DNA of 64,000 nt from Escherichia phage CJ20. The DNA is taken from sequence record MT533174.1. One strand, given 5' to 3'. Shown piece after piece: positions 1 through 10,072 of this stretch. Below the pieces are notes generated by a model that saw nothing but the letters and a program-made list of their open reading frames with translations, searched no databases and was not told the DNA's origin. The position numbers and the translations under genes are program-made. The number at the start of each line of letters is the position of its first letter. The first letter of the stretch is position 1.

Positions 1-995
1 TTTTCTCCGATAACAACATGAACACCTGTCATGTCATCACGCAACGTTTTTAGACGACCATTAATGGAAGTCGGTTTGGCATCAGTACCAATATCTGTTT
101 CAACTTTCGACAATCTTGTATTCATACCAGAAGTGGTATTTTCTAAATTTGTTGCCTTGGTTTCCAGAGTCCCGACACGGTTTGCGATACTTTGACCTTG
201 GCCAAAACCAATTGCGGTTTTGATATTCCCTATATCAGTTTCATTAGTTCCGGCTTTAGCTTCGACTGCAGTTAAACGAGTATAAACAGGAGATTTACCA
301 ATACCTTCAGTGCGAGGACCAAGTTCTTCGCGCATCTCATTTAATTTAATCGCGAGGCCACCAACATCCGAATCATTATAATTATCTTCGAGAATAGTAA
401 GACGACGTTGCGTGGTTGCAATTGCCGTACTATTATCGATGATAATACGTTTCATCCCGGTGGCATCATTGGTTTCGCCTTCAGGCAACGGGTCGCCATT
501 GATATCTTGGTTTGCATAATGACCCATTTCACGCTTAATACGGTTAATATTGGCACGAACGGTCAAATATGGTCCATCTTCCAGTGGGTTATAATAACCA
601 ACATCTTCCTGTAATTCACCGAGATTTGTGCTGGTATCAAGTAAAGCAATATCAGTTTCGGCTAAACCAGTCTGGAGGCTTACAATATTAATACGGTTAG
701 TTTCAATCTGTTGAATAACGCTTGCATCTGTAGAAATATCCAGAGCTTCTTTAATCTGGTTAACGCTATCGACAATTTCGTTTACTTTGTCTTTAGTGGT
801 CGCGTCATTCTTTTCCAGAGTTTCAACGTTGGTCTGTACACCCAAAGCTGCAGCATTAAGGGCACCATCGTGCCCATATTTGGTAGTGGCTGCAGTTAAG
901 CAATCACCATTGCGAATCCATTCAATTCGTTTTTGGTTAGCTTCTGGCACACCATCGACAAACGGAAGATTCACTAATTCTAATTTGTTAATCAT
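1..995 (-). CDS. wac: fibritin (whisker/neck protein), 3' end of gene lies outside window
   Basis: Minus-strand ORF open to the window edge, ATG at 995 immediately after gp12 stop; translation begins MINKLELVNLPFVDG and has fibritin-like repetitive segments; synteny 12-wac as in T4. Not in the ORF track because no stop lies inside the window. Confidence 0.75.
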   Translation of the reverse strand, partial: MINKLELVNLPFVDGVPEANQKRIEWIRNGDCLTAATTKYGHDGALNAAALGVQTNVETLEKNDATTKDKVNEIVDSVNQIKEALDISTDASVIQQIETNRINIVSLQTGLAETDIALLDTSTNLGELQEDVGYYNPLEDGPYLTVRANINRIKREMGHYANQDINGDPLPEGETNDATGMKRIIIDNSTAIATTQRRLTILEDNYNDSDVGGLAIKLNEMREELGPRTEGIGKSPVYTRLTAVEAKAGTNETDIGNIKTAIGFGQGQSIANRVGTLETKATNLENTTSGMNTRLSKVETDIGTDAKPTSINGRLKTLRDDMTGVHVVIGE

Positions 996-1004
996 TTTTA
1001 TTCC

Positions 1005-2540
1005 TTATCTGACCTTAATAATAAAAAGAATAGACATGGACCATGGGCGGCTTTCATTACCTATCAGACCTTCGCTGTTTAATGTAGTTCGAGAATCACG
1101 ACTGCCATCGCCATCGACTTCATAACCTTCGTTCGTAAAATAAGAACGGTTATCCCAGTCCAAACCTTTACGAGTGCCTGCATAGTTTGAACGAGCTGTG
1201 TTACCAAATGCACCAGCATTATCATGTTCACCAAAACCACCGGCGTGCTTGTGGAAACGGAGTTGTTGTGCCTGTACTGTACCGTGACCATATGAACCAA
1301 CACCTTGACCCAATTTAGGTTTTTGTTTGGAATCATTTCCTTTGGCGTTTCTTATATTAATGTTTGTTTCCCATTCCTTCATAGCACCATCGTTAGAGCT
1401 GTTGGAACCACGAGGAAACAATCCACGAAAATCTGGCTTATTACCAGTTGCGCCCCATTTACCACCAACGACATTTCGGAAACCAGCATCACCGACATTA
1501 CCGCCGTCACAAATTTCCCAACCAGAAGGAATATTACCAGTTTGACCGCCCCACATAATAATAGTTCCGATTGGCACACTATCTTTTAGTTCGTTACGGG
1601 TTACAACATCCTGACCATTTCTGCGTAAAGTTCCATTAACGTTAAGAGTTCCATTAATTGTACCGCCCCCAGTCGAAATGACGTTTGCATTATATGCAAG
1701 AGCTGTATTACCATCACCTGAGCCAACGGTAGTTGTTAATTTAACAACACCAAGGCGACCAGTTGTGCCAGTTCTGGATAAAAGAGTGGACGGAGATAAT
1801 GCAATATTCGAGTTACTTCCCGCAGCTGCCTCGGACGGAGTTGCCAGACGAATAAGACCATTTTGGCTTTGCGTAGAAACGAGTTGTTTCAAGCCAAGCG
1901 GAGAAACTGCAACGCCATCATTCATTGTCCCCTGCTGAACTTCCGCCGGAGTTGCAATTTTAACAATCCCTTGAACAGTGGTTGTTGCGGTGCTATAAGT
2001 TGGAAGTGCAGCCGTGGCTTTACCGATTGCTAATGAAACCTTCAGAGGAGTCATAGCTGTTGTATCATCAGTTCCGGCTAGCGCAGCCGGTTGGGTTGAA
2101 ATCTTAATTACACCATTGCGGTCTTCAGTAGAAGTGCGAGTATTAAATGTATTATCAATGGATGCTTTAAGACTTGACGGGACAATAGCTGCATCGGTTA
2201 CTGTACCATCAATAGCTTCTGCATTGGTTGCGTAACGGGTAATACCAACATATGTTTCGGTAGCTTGTGTCGGGATAGTCAGTCGAGCTTTAAGAGTTTC
2301 TGGAGTTACTGCTGTATTATTACCGAGACCATCAATAACTTCTTGTTCAGTTGCCAGTCGAATAATACCTGGGACTGCAACAGTTGCTTCTGGGATAAAT
2401 CCATCAATAGCAATAGGAGCCAAAGCCCCTAATGCATCTTGAACGTTTGTTACTGTCGGCGAGAATGAAGTTCCCGCCGGGTCAAATGTTTTATATTCGG
2501 ATTTATCGCTAATATGTTTTAGCGTGTTAGTCGTTGTCAT
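1005..2540 (-). CDS. 12: short tail fibre protein gp12
   Basis: 511-aa ORF; C-terminal region closely matches T4 gp12 as I recall it (HKHAGGFGE, NTRRSN-VGTRKGLDWDNRSYFTN, IIKV C-terminus); position between gp11 and wac. Confidence 0.9.
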   Translation of the reverse strand: MTTTNTLKHISDKSEYKTFDPAGTSFSPTVTNVQDALGALAPIAIDGFIPEATVAVPGIIRLATEQEVIDGLGNNTAVTPETLKARLTIPTQATETYVGITRYATNAEAIDGTVTDAAIVPSSLKASIDNTFNTRTSTEDRNGVIKISTQPAALAGTDDTTAMTPLKVSLAIGKATAALPTYSTATTTVQGIVKIATPAEVQQGTMNDGVAVSPLGLKQLVSTQSQNGLIRLATPSEAAAGSNSNIALSPSTLLSRTGTTGRLGVVKLTTTVGSGDGNTALAYNANVISTGGGTINGTLNVNGTLRRNGQDVVTRNELKDSVPIGTIIMWGGQTGNIPSGWEICDGGNVGDAGFRNVVGGKWGATGNKPDFRGLFPRGSNSSNDGAMKEWETNINIRNAKGNDSKQKPKLGQGVGSYGHGTVQAQQLRFHKHAGGFGEHDNAGAFGNTARSNYAGTRKGLDWDNRSYFTNEGYEVDGDGSRDSRTTLNSEGLIGNESRPWSMSILFIIKVR

Positions 2541-3205
2541 TAGTAGACTCGCTTATAGTGATAAAGAGATGTTGGACCATTAACCGAACCACCTTGCAAT
2601 ACTACATCTTGTGCGCCAAGATATTCCCATTGGCCATAACCAGAGCGGGGTTGCTGAACAATAGTCTGTTCCATAACACATCCATATTGGGTCGTAGGAG
2701 CAAAGATGTGATTCTGATAGTCGTTATATGTAATATTTAATATAGACTGGTCCAGTGCATCGATAGCAGTCGCAGAAATAATCATTCCCTGGGAAATTGC
2801 AGTCAAAAGAACGTCATTGACTTTCGATGCAACCAGCACGCTCGAGTCGCCGACAATAACTTCTACCGGGAAACCGAATACTTTAATAAGAACCGTTTCG
2901 CCAAGGTTTTCGCCAGAAATAGACCCAGTGAACTTAATTTTATCAGACTGACTAATAAATCCAGGGGCGGTATTCTCATGACGAGTAATTATCGAACCAA
3001 CAGGAAGTTCTGCACGAAATGCAATATCATCAATTGCACTTTGGACTGTTGGATAGAATACACCATCATTTGTCTGGTTAGCAGACGGGCCACCGATATA
3101 GCGGTTACCCGCTACAGCAGTGGAATCAGTAGTTGTATAATCAAACTGGAGGTAACCAGCATGGCGGGATATTACACCCGCCTTTTTATTTGTCAACGTA
3201 GTCAT
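2540..3205 (-). CDS. 11: baseplate wedge protein gp11 (short tail fibre attachment)
   Basis: About 221 aa from the ATG at 3205 (1-nt TAATG overlap with gp10 stop); NKKAGVISR N-terminal motif resembles T4 gp11; synteny 10-11-12. Confidence 0.8.
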   Translation of the reverse strand: MTTLTNKKAGVISRHAGYLQFDYTTTDSTAVAGNRYIGGPSANQTNDGVFYPTVQSAIDDIAFRAELPVGSIITRHENTAPGFISQSDKIKFTGSISGENLGETVLIKVFGFPVEVIVGDSSVLVASKVNDVLLTAISQGMIISATAIDALDQSILNITYNDYQNHIFAPTTQYGCVMEQTIVQQPRSGYGQWEYLGAQDVVLQGGSVNGPTSLYHYKRVY

Positions 3206-5016
3206 TATGCAATCCTTACCCAACGGTAAACAATCAAATATGGAGGAAGCGTATCTATTGGCTGTGCCAGCGGGTCAAGAGCTTCGTTAATAGTCGCATA
3301 ATCTTCACGATAGTTTGTATAAGCAGGACCTTGCGCATCTGGGTCAACCTGGCAACCACCAACAATAATTGGACCAGTTGCATCAGCTACCAATACTTTT
3401 TCATCGGTCTGAATTTTAGGAATATTGTTTGATTTAATATGAATCTGTACATTACCACCAGTTCCGCCCGCAGTTGCCTGAGGAGCACCAGAAGAATCAA
3501 GGTCGTTATTGTTCGTATGGAAGTTCGAGGCTGGGTCAGCAGACCAACCAATCAAAACACGTTCTTCAAGGCGCTTCCATGTTCCCATACCCATATATGT
3601 TGCAGGGTTATTCGGGTTAGTCGTGTTCTCGTAAATTGTGCCAATTGGATGGAACATATTAAAGAGAATCGAAACAGCAGATGGTTTAATTTCGCTTGGG
3701 TCAACCGGTTCCAGGTTAGGAGCAAACGGATTATCGTAATCCGTAATTCTTATATCGCCGGTGATTGAAACTTCTGGACCCTGGGAAACATAGATGTTAT
3801 TTGTTTCATCTGTAATTTCATCAAGAGTCATTGTGGTGCCGATATCGTTATTATACCAAACGATAGACAGAATATCGCCATCTTCAAATGTGCGAGCAAA
3901 CTCAAAAGATTCAATACGGTTGTCTTCATCAAAGGTTGTTATATAGTCTTCTTTTGATTTAGCCCATTGACCACCATTATCTGTACACTCTTCTGCAGTG
4001 TCACCATCAGCACCTTCGCATGTATAAGCTGGATAGTTTGCAGTTCCTGCTTCGTGTTGTAATATGCTGTTGATATAAACTTCACATGCGTTCGGGTTAA
4101 TTGGACTGCTAGGAGATACCGCTAGTTCAGTAACCATAAATGTGTGTTTAGTAGATAAATCAGCTACAACCAAAGAGCCTTCGACAGGGGTTTCAAGAGT
4201 AAATTTCGAATCACGGATTTGAACATCTCGACGGTTATAAGAACTACGATACTGAGCAATACCATCGTTGAATGTTCTGACAATAACTGTGTCACCAGCT
4301 GCACAAGGCATACGTAAACGAATATTGCGACCGTCAAGGGTTACAATTTCACCAGGCGCAGCACCAGGCGAACCGAATTCAGCATTAACCGGGTCGAAAA
4401 TATCATCTTTGCCATAAAACAGGTCGTTACCACGATGTTTAACTTCGAGGCTTGCAATGTTATAAGGACGACCATTAAACACATCCAGGAAGTCCGTTTG
4501 ACCTTCTGTTGCGATGAATTGCTGGGTCTCAACAGTTGCCACGTCGTTATTTGAAATCTTGTCAATCTGTTTGTTGTCAATGTATTCCCAACGACCTGGA
4601 GAGCAATAAACCAGTTCGATATCTGCCAGGTTACGACGGATAACAACAGGGTCAGGAGAGCCTTTCATTGTGTCACCGACAGCCGGAACAATCGTCACCG
4701 GGGAGACTTGCCATGTTGCAAACACATCACGCAAACGAATAACGTAATTATATTCGGCTGGTGTCCCTTTAGGTAGTTTAACAGTAATCATACCATTTGA
4801 AGTATTCACTGCATAGCTACGACCCATAACGGCTTCCAGAGTTGTACCGTCGGCTACTGACCATGTTTTCCATGCACCAGCAGCATGAGGATTTTCTCCA
4901 TCGCCGAGCTGGTAGTAAAGGTCATCAAAGTTATTATTAATTTTTTGGCCGCCGAGACGAAGATAATCGCCGGTACCATCATCGACCATCACGCCTATTT
5001 TTAAATTTTGTTTCAT
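3205..5016 (-). CDS. 10: baseplate wedge protein gp10
   Basis: 603 aa (T4 gp10 is about 602 aa); N-terminus MKQNLKIGVMVDDGTGDYLR matches the T4 gp10 N-terminus. Confidence 0.9.
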   Translation of the reverse strand: MKQNLKIGVMVDDGTGDYLRLGGQKINNNFDDLYYQLGDGENPHAAGAWKTWSVADGTTLEAVMGRSYAVNTSNGMITVKLPKGTPAEYNYVIRLRDVFATWQVSPVTIVPAVGDTMKGSPDPVVIRRNLADIELVYCSPGRWEYIDNKQIDKISNNDVATVETQQFIATEGQTDFLDVFNGRPYNIASLEVKHRGNDLFYGKDDIFDPVNAEFGSPGAAPGEIVTLDGRNIRLRMPCAAGDTVIVRTFNDGIAQYRSSYNRRDVQIRDSKFTLETPVEGSLVVADLSTKHTFMVTELAVSPSSPINPNACEVYINSILQHEAGTANYPAYTCEGADGDTAEECTDNGGQWAKSKEDYITTFDEDNRIESFEFARTFEDGDILSIVWYNNDIGTTMTLDEITDETNNIYVSQGPEVSITGDIRITDYDNPFAPNLEPVDPSEIKPSAVSILFNMFHPIGTIYENTTNPNNPATYMGMGTWKRLEERVLIGWSADPASNFHTNNNDLDSSGAPQATAGGTGGNVQIHIKSNNIPKIQTDEKVLVADATGPIIVGGCQVDPDAQGPAYTNYREDYATINEALDPLAQPIDTLPPYLIVYRWVRIA

Positions 5017-5885
5017 TAGATTGCTACCCCAATGGTTTGTGTCTCGGCTACCTTAATGGCGAGCTTCATGGAGACTGGTGCGCTTACGGTCGCCGTAACG
5101 AAGTTGTCAGCGCCTATTTTAAAGTTAATGGTATATAACTCATCATCGTCATCCACGTGACCACGACGCAATACACCGTATTCTGTGCTATACACTTGGT
5201 TAGCTTGAGTGTCTACAAAGAGCATGACCTCTGATGCTTTGTATTTAGTTTCATCAGTAGATATAGCGGTTAACAAAAGTTTCATTGTTTTGAAATCACT
5301 GCGCAATGCAATCGGAATATCTCTTGCGTTCAGGCCAATATTATAAGTTCGGTCCAAAGGAATGTGTTTTACACCAAACATATTTTCGATTGAATAATCC
5401 CAGGTACCGACGCCGTTTGCATCATCGATACACCAAAGAGTAATCTTTGTATAAGGGCTGGTGAAGCGAATTTTGTTAGTCGGTGCCGAAACGAAAGTAT
5501 CTGTGCCTTGTAGTTCGATTTCCAGAGATTGAGTCGGTGATAAAGTCCCGTTAGAGTTAATGAAGATAATACCTTCACCCATTTTACCGCGGGCAATCCT
5601 GGCAGTAACAACACCCTTGGAGGTATCAACGTCACGGAGAGAACCGAGCGCAACAGGAGTGTTCCATTCGATTATGTTTGTTGCTTTTTGATAATAACCA
5701 GTAGCATGCAAGACTTGGGATTTCTGACCGTTATCGATTGAATAAAGACGTTGGTCACCGAAGGTATTATAGACGTTATCAAAATCTTCGTTAATTTTAC
5801 GACCACCATCATATAAGATATCGCCGGTGCTGGCGTTACCAATTTCGCCGACATCTATTAGAAGTTTTGGGGTTTGATTAATCAT
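5016..5885 (-). CDS. 9: baseplate wedge protein gp9 (long tail fibre socket)
   Basis: 289 aa (T4 gp9 about 288 aa); N-terminus PKLLIDVGEIGNASTGDILYDGG matches T4 gp9. Confidence 0.9.
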   Translation of the reverse strand: MINQTPKLLIDVGEIGNASTGDILYDGGRKINEDFDNVYNTFGDQRLYSIDNGQKSQVLHATGYYQKATNIIEWNTPVALGSLRDVDTSKGVVTARIARGKMGEGIIFINSNGTLSPTQSLEIELQGTDTFVSAPTNKIRFTSPYTKITLWCIDDANGVGTWDYSIENMFGVKHIPLDRTYNIGLNARDIPIALRSDFKTMKLLLTAISTDETKYKASEVMLFVDTQANQVYSTEYGVLRRGHVDDDDELYTINFKIGADNFVTATVSAPVSMKLAIKVAETQTIGVAI

Positions 5886-5912
5886 AGGTAAGCCTCATTA
5901 TTGATATAGCTA

Positions 5913-5920
5913 TATTTATA
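5913..5920 (-). promoter_or_regulatory. T4-type late promoter (TATAAATA) upstream of gene 9
   Basis: Plus-strand TATTTATA is TATAAATA on the minus strand, about 28 nt upstream of the gp9 ATG, directly after a terminator hairpin. Confidence 0.55.
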
Positions 5921-5946
5921 AAATAAAAAAGGGACCCGAAGGTCCC
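5921..5946 (-). terminator. rho-independent terminator-like hairpin after gene 8
   Basis: Minus-strand reading: GGGACC-UUCG-GGUCCC stem-loop followed by a U-run, between gp8 stop and the gp9 late promoter. Confidence 0.55.
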
Positions 5947-5949
5947 TAG

Positions 5950-6954
5950 TTAGAATTCAAAAATAATATTTACTTCTTCGGTTTGGTCCATTGCACGATA
6001 AACAGGTGGCCTGTTTTCCATGTAAATCATTTCACCAGAATGTCGACTCAAATCAATAGCATCATAATATTCCTTTGTTGCTTTGATGTTTGGGTCATTA
6101 GGAGCAGCTTTAATTTCCAGAGGGTTAGCGACAATTGAAATCTGTCTAAAACCTTTGTTACCTGGAAGACTGAACTGAGGAAAATAAATCGAATCCATGA
6201 AAGCCTTGAAACGAATTGTATTACCCTTGATACGATAGATTAAACCATAATCATTTTGCTGCCATGTCAGGTTATCTTTGTACCCCCAACGTTCTGGGTC
6301 TTCTGCAATTTCTTCTGGCCATGGAACAACGATATATTCGTTTGTGCAGCGGTTAATGGATACGTCAGGTGGAATCTCATAGAGATATTCCCAGAGATAG
6401 CCATCACCCATATCAACACGTCCTTCAGTATCGCCAGTCCCTGATGGAGCCCGGCTGGAAGCATAGTCTGAAGTCCATTTACCACCAAGCTTAAGACATT
6501 CTTGCTTATTAGTGATGGAATAAATCGAACAAGTACCAGATTCAGGAACATCCACACAACGATAAACCATCCAACCTTTACCAACATCAGTTCGGTTATA
6601 TGGTGCGGTATTACTTACGACAATTTCGCCAATCTGGAAGTTCAGCGGGTTAGGATAACGAACATCACCCCAATCCTTACGAGGAACCACGCAGTCAAGC
6701 ATGGATTTATACACCTTGACTGCTCCCATCATATTAGTCCAAACATCTTCAACACCTTGAGCATCATCAACCGGATAAGGTGGAGCAAACCCCGGGTCGT
6801 TCTCGTTTGCAGCCCATGGTTCTGCACGACCGAACGTGACATACATTGTATTTTCAGTGGCGCTATCCCCGATAGCGCCGTAAAAGTTATACATTTTTTC
6901 CGTTCTGAATTTTGATGTAACAATCGAACGGTAAACTACGGTAGAGTTATTCAT
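5950..6954 (-). CDS. 8: baseplate wedge protein gp8
   Basis: 334 aa, identical in length to T4 gp8; position between gp7 and gp9. Confidence 0.85.
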   Translation of the reverse strand: MNNSTVVYRSIVTSKFRTEKMYNFYGAIGDSATENTMYVTFGRAEPWAANENDPGFAPPYPVDDAQGVEDVWTNMMGAVKVYKSMLDCVVPRKDWGDVRYPNPLNFQIGEIVVSNTAPYNRTDVGKGWMVYRCVDVPESGTCSIYSITNKQECLKLGGKWTSDYASSRAPSGTGDTEGRVDMGDGYLWEYLYEIPPDVSINRCTNEYIVVPWPEEIAEDPERWGYKDNLTWQQNDYGLIYRIKGNTIRFKAFMDSIYFPQFSLPGNKGFRQISIVANPLEIKAAPNDPNIKATKEYYDAIDLSRHSGEMIYMENRPPVYRAMDQTEEVNIIFEF

Positions 6955-9900
6955 TTACATTTACCTGTGTAGGATTAACCGGGTCTCTTGGATTACCAAT
7001 ATCATCTTTAAGACGTTGGTCAACTAATGCTCTCCAATTCGAGAATGTAACAGCAGACTGGTCAAACAGTGGACTATATTTTCCACGACGTTGTGACGGT
7101 AACAACCCATAGAACATAGAGAAATCATTCTCGGCATCATAATCCGCAGGTAACGGGAAAGGTTGACCAGCATTAGGAGCGATGTTATATATTGCTTCGC
7201 CTGTGGTAGGGTTTTTCTCAATAGCACCATCAACACCAATCACCGCAACTCGGTCATTCCATTCGGACGGAATACCAGAAGACCATCTATAGTTACTTAA
7301 TTTATTAATGATTGTCTCGGTGTGTTTAAGAGTCAAACCAACGTTAACAAACATTGTCAGCAACGTAATACCGATGAATCCAAATCCAACCGGGTGAACG
7401 AATCTTAAAACGTCATTACGATAACGGGAGGTCGGAAGGTTTGACTTAATTGTCATTACGTAATAAGAGCGATTACGGTTAATATAATCGATGTTGTTAC
7501 TCAACAACTCTTTACCACGAACACCTTGTACAATCATCCCCTCGAATGAGGTTCTTTCTGATTTAATTTCTTGTCCAGCAATAAAACGACCCAGGAGATT
7601 ATGAATCGTGATGCGCCATCTTAATTTACCATCTTTATAATCGCGCTCCATATAAGTCACATTACTGCGCCCGGTAGCGGTATAAATGGTTTGGCCTACA
7701 ATGTCTTCACTGATATTATCAGATTCAACTACGATATCATACTCGGTTCCGTTCTTGGATTCGATGTCAATTTCAACATCTTCATTATATAACAATTTGA
7801 ACAGGAATTTATAAGATGCTTCTGTGCCTTTTGTTGCCCAAAAATCAGACTGTCTGGCTTGGAAGAATCGAACAGCTTCGTCACGTTTTTCCTTGGAAAG
7901 ATAAATGTTGCGTTTGTACATTTCGCTCCAGAGATATTCCCATGCATCTTCCTCTCGCGGATATTGGTTGCGAATAAGATTCAAAAGGTTATTATAGTAT
8001 GTACCGGAACCATCACTGATGAACTGCAAATAGTATTCACAGAATTTTTCAAATTTGCTATCCTGTAAAAGATAACTATCCGGGACCATTTTCGTTAACA
8101 GTGGCTGCAAGTCAGGGTCTTTTTCCTTGTTCTCATTTTCCGGAGTCCATGGAATATCGTGTTCCTGGTTTTGCAGTTCAGCCATAAGCATAATTTCTTT
8201 TGGCTTCCAGATGATGCGCACTTCATCACGCACGCGATAGTCAAACTCAAAATAGCCAATTAATTCCCCGGTATTTTTATGAAGCATAATCCCGGAGGCA
8301 TATTTTTTAAAGCTATTGAATTCGATGTTAGGTGCAGTAATCGTTACTTGACCTTTGTTCCAATATTCATGCACGATACGTTCCGGGGAAGTTCCACCAA
8401 ATGTATCGATGATATATTGATAAAGAACATCATTATAGACGACCATTGCTCGGTCTGAAGTCGTAATCCAACAACGAGTATCGTCACGTCTTGACCAGTT
8501 AAAGAACGGCTCTGCATAGTAAGTCATACGACCTGGTTTGAACTCTTCGAAATCAGAATCTTCACCAGCTCTGAAGCTCATCATCAGGTAATGCTTATCA
8601 TGTATCCATTGCTCATCGTAAACGTATTTGACTGCTTCATTAACTTCATCAGGATATTTAAGAGGTAGTTCAGTATCAGGCTCAACCGAATATTTGAAGT
8701 TACTGGAGCTAAAGAACACTTCGATGCCATCAGTTGACATGCTCGCATAACCGTGTTCGATTCGACGACGTTCTTCTTCTGTATTACCAAAAACTCTCGT
8801 CCATGTATCAGTAGCGGGGTCTAATTTATAAACACCTTTATCCAGAGAGTCAACAACGTTTTCAGGTTTAGTTGGGTCTTGTCTTTCTTCTTTAACTTCA
8901 CCCGTAATTAATGCAAATGTATGACCTTGAACCGAATCCATTTTATAGCAAACTGCTTTAGGGTTCGCCGTAATTGTACTGTAACCAGTTTCAAATAGTT
9001 TTTCACCGAAGGTTGGAGACCCTGGAGTTGTATCAATCGGGGCATCGGAGGTTTTTGCTTTATACACACGACCGCGCGCCGCAACATAAATGAACTCATC
9101 CGAAACCGTAATAGCTTCTGCTATTTGCGAAATATAGGCCGGAAGTCTTGCATAGTTACCGAAGATTTCAATATCAAATCCAAGGTTAATATCCGAACCG
9201 ACTTTAGCAAATGTAATATCTTCAGAACTGAATCGAACATCATCTGCAGACCATCTTATGTCACTTGACTGACGACCATAGAATATGCGGTCATACCCAA
9301 GAACATAAGTTGTGGTATCAGTCTGGTAATACACAGTTCTTGACACAGGGTTACCGATACGCTCATTAAAGAGTCTTATGTAATACCAGTTCTGACCTTT
9401 GTCATTGGAGACTTTAACCATCGGCTGAAAGCGTTCGAACAGATAAAGCACGCCACCAAGTTCAGCAAGCATCGTACGGTTTTGGTCAACACAAACTGCT
9501 TGAATCGGTCCCTGGATTTCGTGATATTGGTCTTCTTGTAAAACATAGTTCGAGATTGAAGACAAATGAGAATATGCAGAGGTCCATGTAAAGTCTTCGG
9601 ACATCAATGAGGCCATAATAGCATCATTGTTAAAGTTGATATATCTCTGATTGTTATTGGTGAATTTTTCTTCAATGAACTTATTGGCCAAGCTAAATTC
9701 GCGCATATGTTCAAAAGTATATGCGTTCGTGGCGAAGGTTTCAAATTCCTCGGTGTATTCCCAATCAGACCGTTCGAAGCCCATTGCCGCAACAGACACG
9801 CGCATCTGATAACTTGTTAACGGACGAATATATTCCTGCTCAAACCATTCATTGTCTGCGGTATAACCAAGGTCACGCCAAATTAAATCTCTAGTTGGGA

Positions 9901-10042
9901 TGTGTACTCCATTTTCTGTGATTTGTGCAATCTCCACAAAATAGTAAAAGTTGGAGCCTACATCATCCCATTTAATACTAACCTGGTTGGCAGATAGTTT
10001 ATCAATCCGCAAGCTAGTAACAGAAGGGGCTTTAACAGTCAT
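6947..10042 (-). CDS. 7: baseplate wedge protein gp7
   Basis: 1031 aa (T4 gp7 about 1032 aa); position between gp6 and gp8; 8-nt overlap with gp8 start. Confidence 0.9.
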   Translation of the reverse strand: MTVKAPSVTSLRIDKLSANQVSIKWDDVGSNFYYFVEIAQITENGVHIPTRDLIWRDLGYTADNEWFEQEYIRPLTSYQMRVSVAAMGFERSDWEYTEEFETFATNAYTFEHMREFSLANKFIEEKFTNNNQRYINFNNDAIMASLMSEDFTWTSAYSHLSSISNYVLQEDQYHEIQGPIQAVCVDQNRTMLAELGGVLYLFERFQPMVKVSNDKGQNWYYIRLFNERIGNPVSRTVYYQTDTTTYVLGYDRIFYGRQSSDIRWSADDVRFSSEDITFAKVGSDINLGFDIEIFGNYARLPAYISQIAEAITVSDEFIYVAARGRVYKAKTSDAPIDTTPGSPTFGEKLFETGYSTITANPKAVCYKMDSVQGHTFALITGEVKEERQDPTKPENVVDSLDKGVYKLDPATDTWTRVFGNTEEERRRIEHGYASMSTDGIEVFFSSSNFKYSVEPDTELPLKYPDEVNEAVKYVYDEQWIHDKHYLMMSFRAGEDSDFEEFKPGRMTYYAEPFFNWSRRDDTRCWITTSDRAMVVYNDVLYQYIIDTFGGTSPERIVHEYWNKGQVTITAPNIEFNSFKKYASGIMLHKNTGELIGYFEFDYRVRDEVRIIWKPKEIMLMAELQNQEHDIPWTPENENKEKDPDLQPLLTKMVPDSYLLQDSKFEKFCEYYLQFISDGSGTYYNNLLNLIRNQYPREEDAWEYLWSEMYKRNIYLSKEKRDEAVRFFQARQSDFWATKGTEASYKFLFKLLYNEDVEIDIESKNGTEYDIVVESDNISEDIVGQTIYTATGRSNVTYMERDYKDGKLRWRITIHNLLGRFIAGQEIKSERTSFEGMIVQGVRGKELLSNNIDYINRNRSYYVMTIKSNLPTSRYRNDVLRFVHPVGFGFIGITLLTMFVNVGLTLKHTETIINKLSNYRWSSGIPSEWNDRVAVIGVDGAIEKNPTTGEAIYNIAPNAGQPFPLPADYDAENDFSMFYGLLPSQRRGKYSPLFDQSAVTFSNWRALVDQRLKDDIGNPRDPVNPTQVNVNE

Positions 10043-10054
10043 TAAGATTCCTTA

Positions 10055-10072
10055 AAGCCTCCGAAGAGGCTT
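10055..10072 (-). other. intercistronic UUCG-tetraloop hairpin at the gp6/gp7 junction
   Basis: Minus strand AAGCCUC-UUCG-GAGGCUU; the stem includes the gp6 stop codon and lies just upstream of the gp7 ribosome-binding site. Confidence 0.5.

Noticed and set aside
1079-1336. Minus- and plus-strand ORFs of 60-175 aa nested inside the large structural genes (for example 1079-1336, 1305-1589, 4341-4646, 5369-5653, 14204-14728)
   Set aside because: They lie wholly within, or antisense to, genes whose translations match known T4 proteins. Such ORFs are expected by chance in long genes, and none has a convincing ribosome-binding site.
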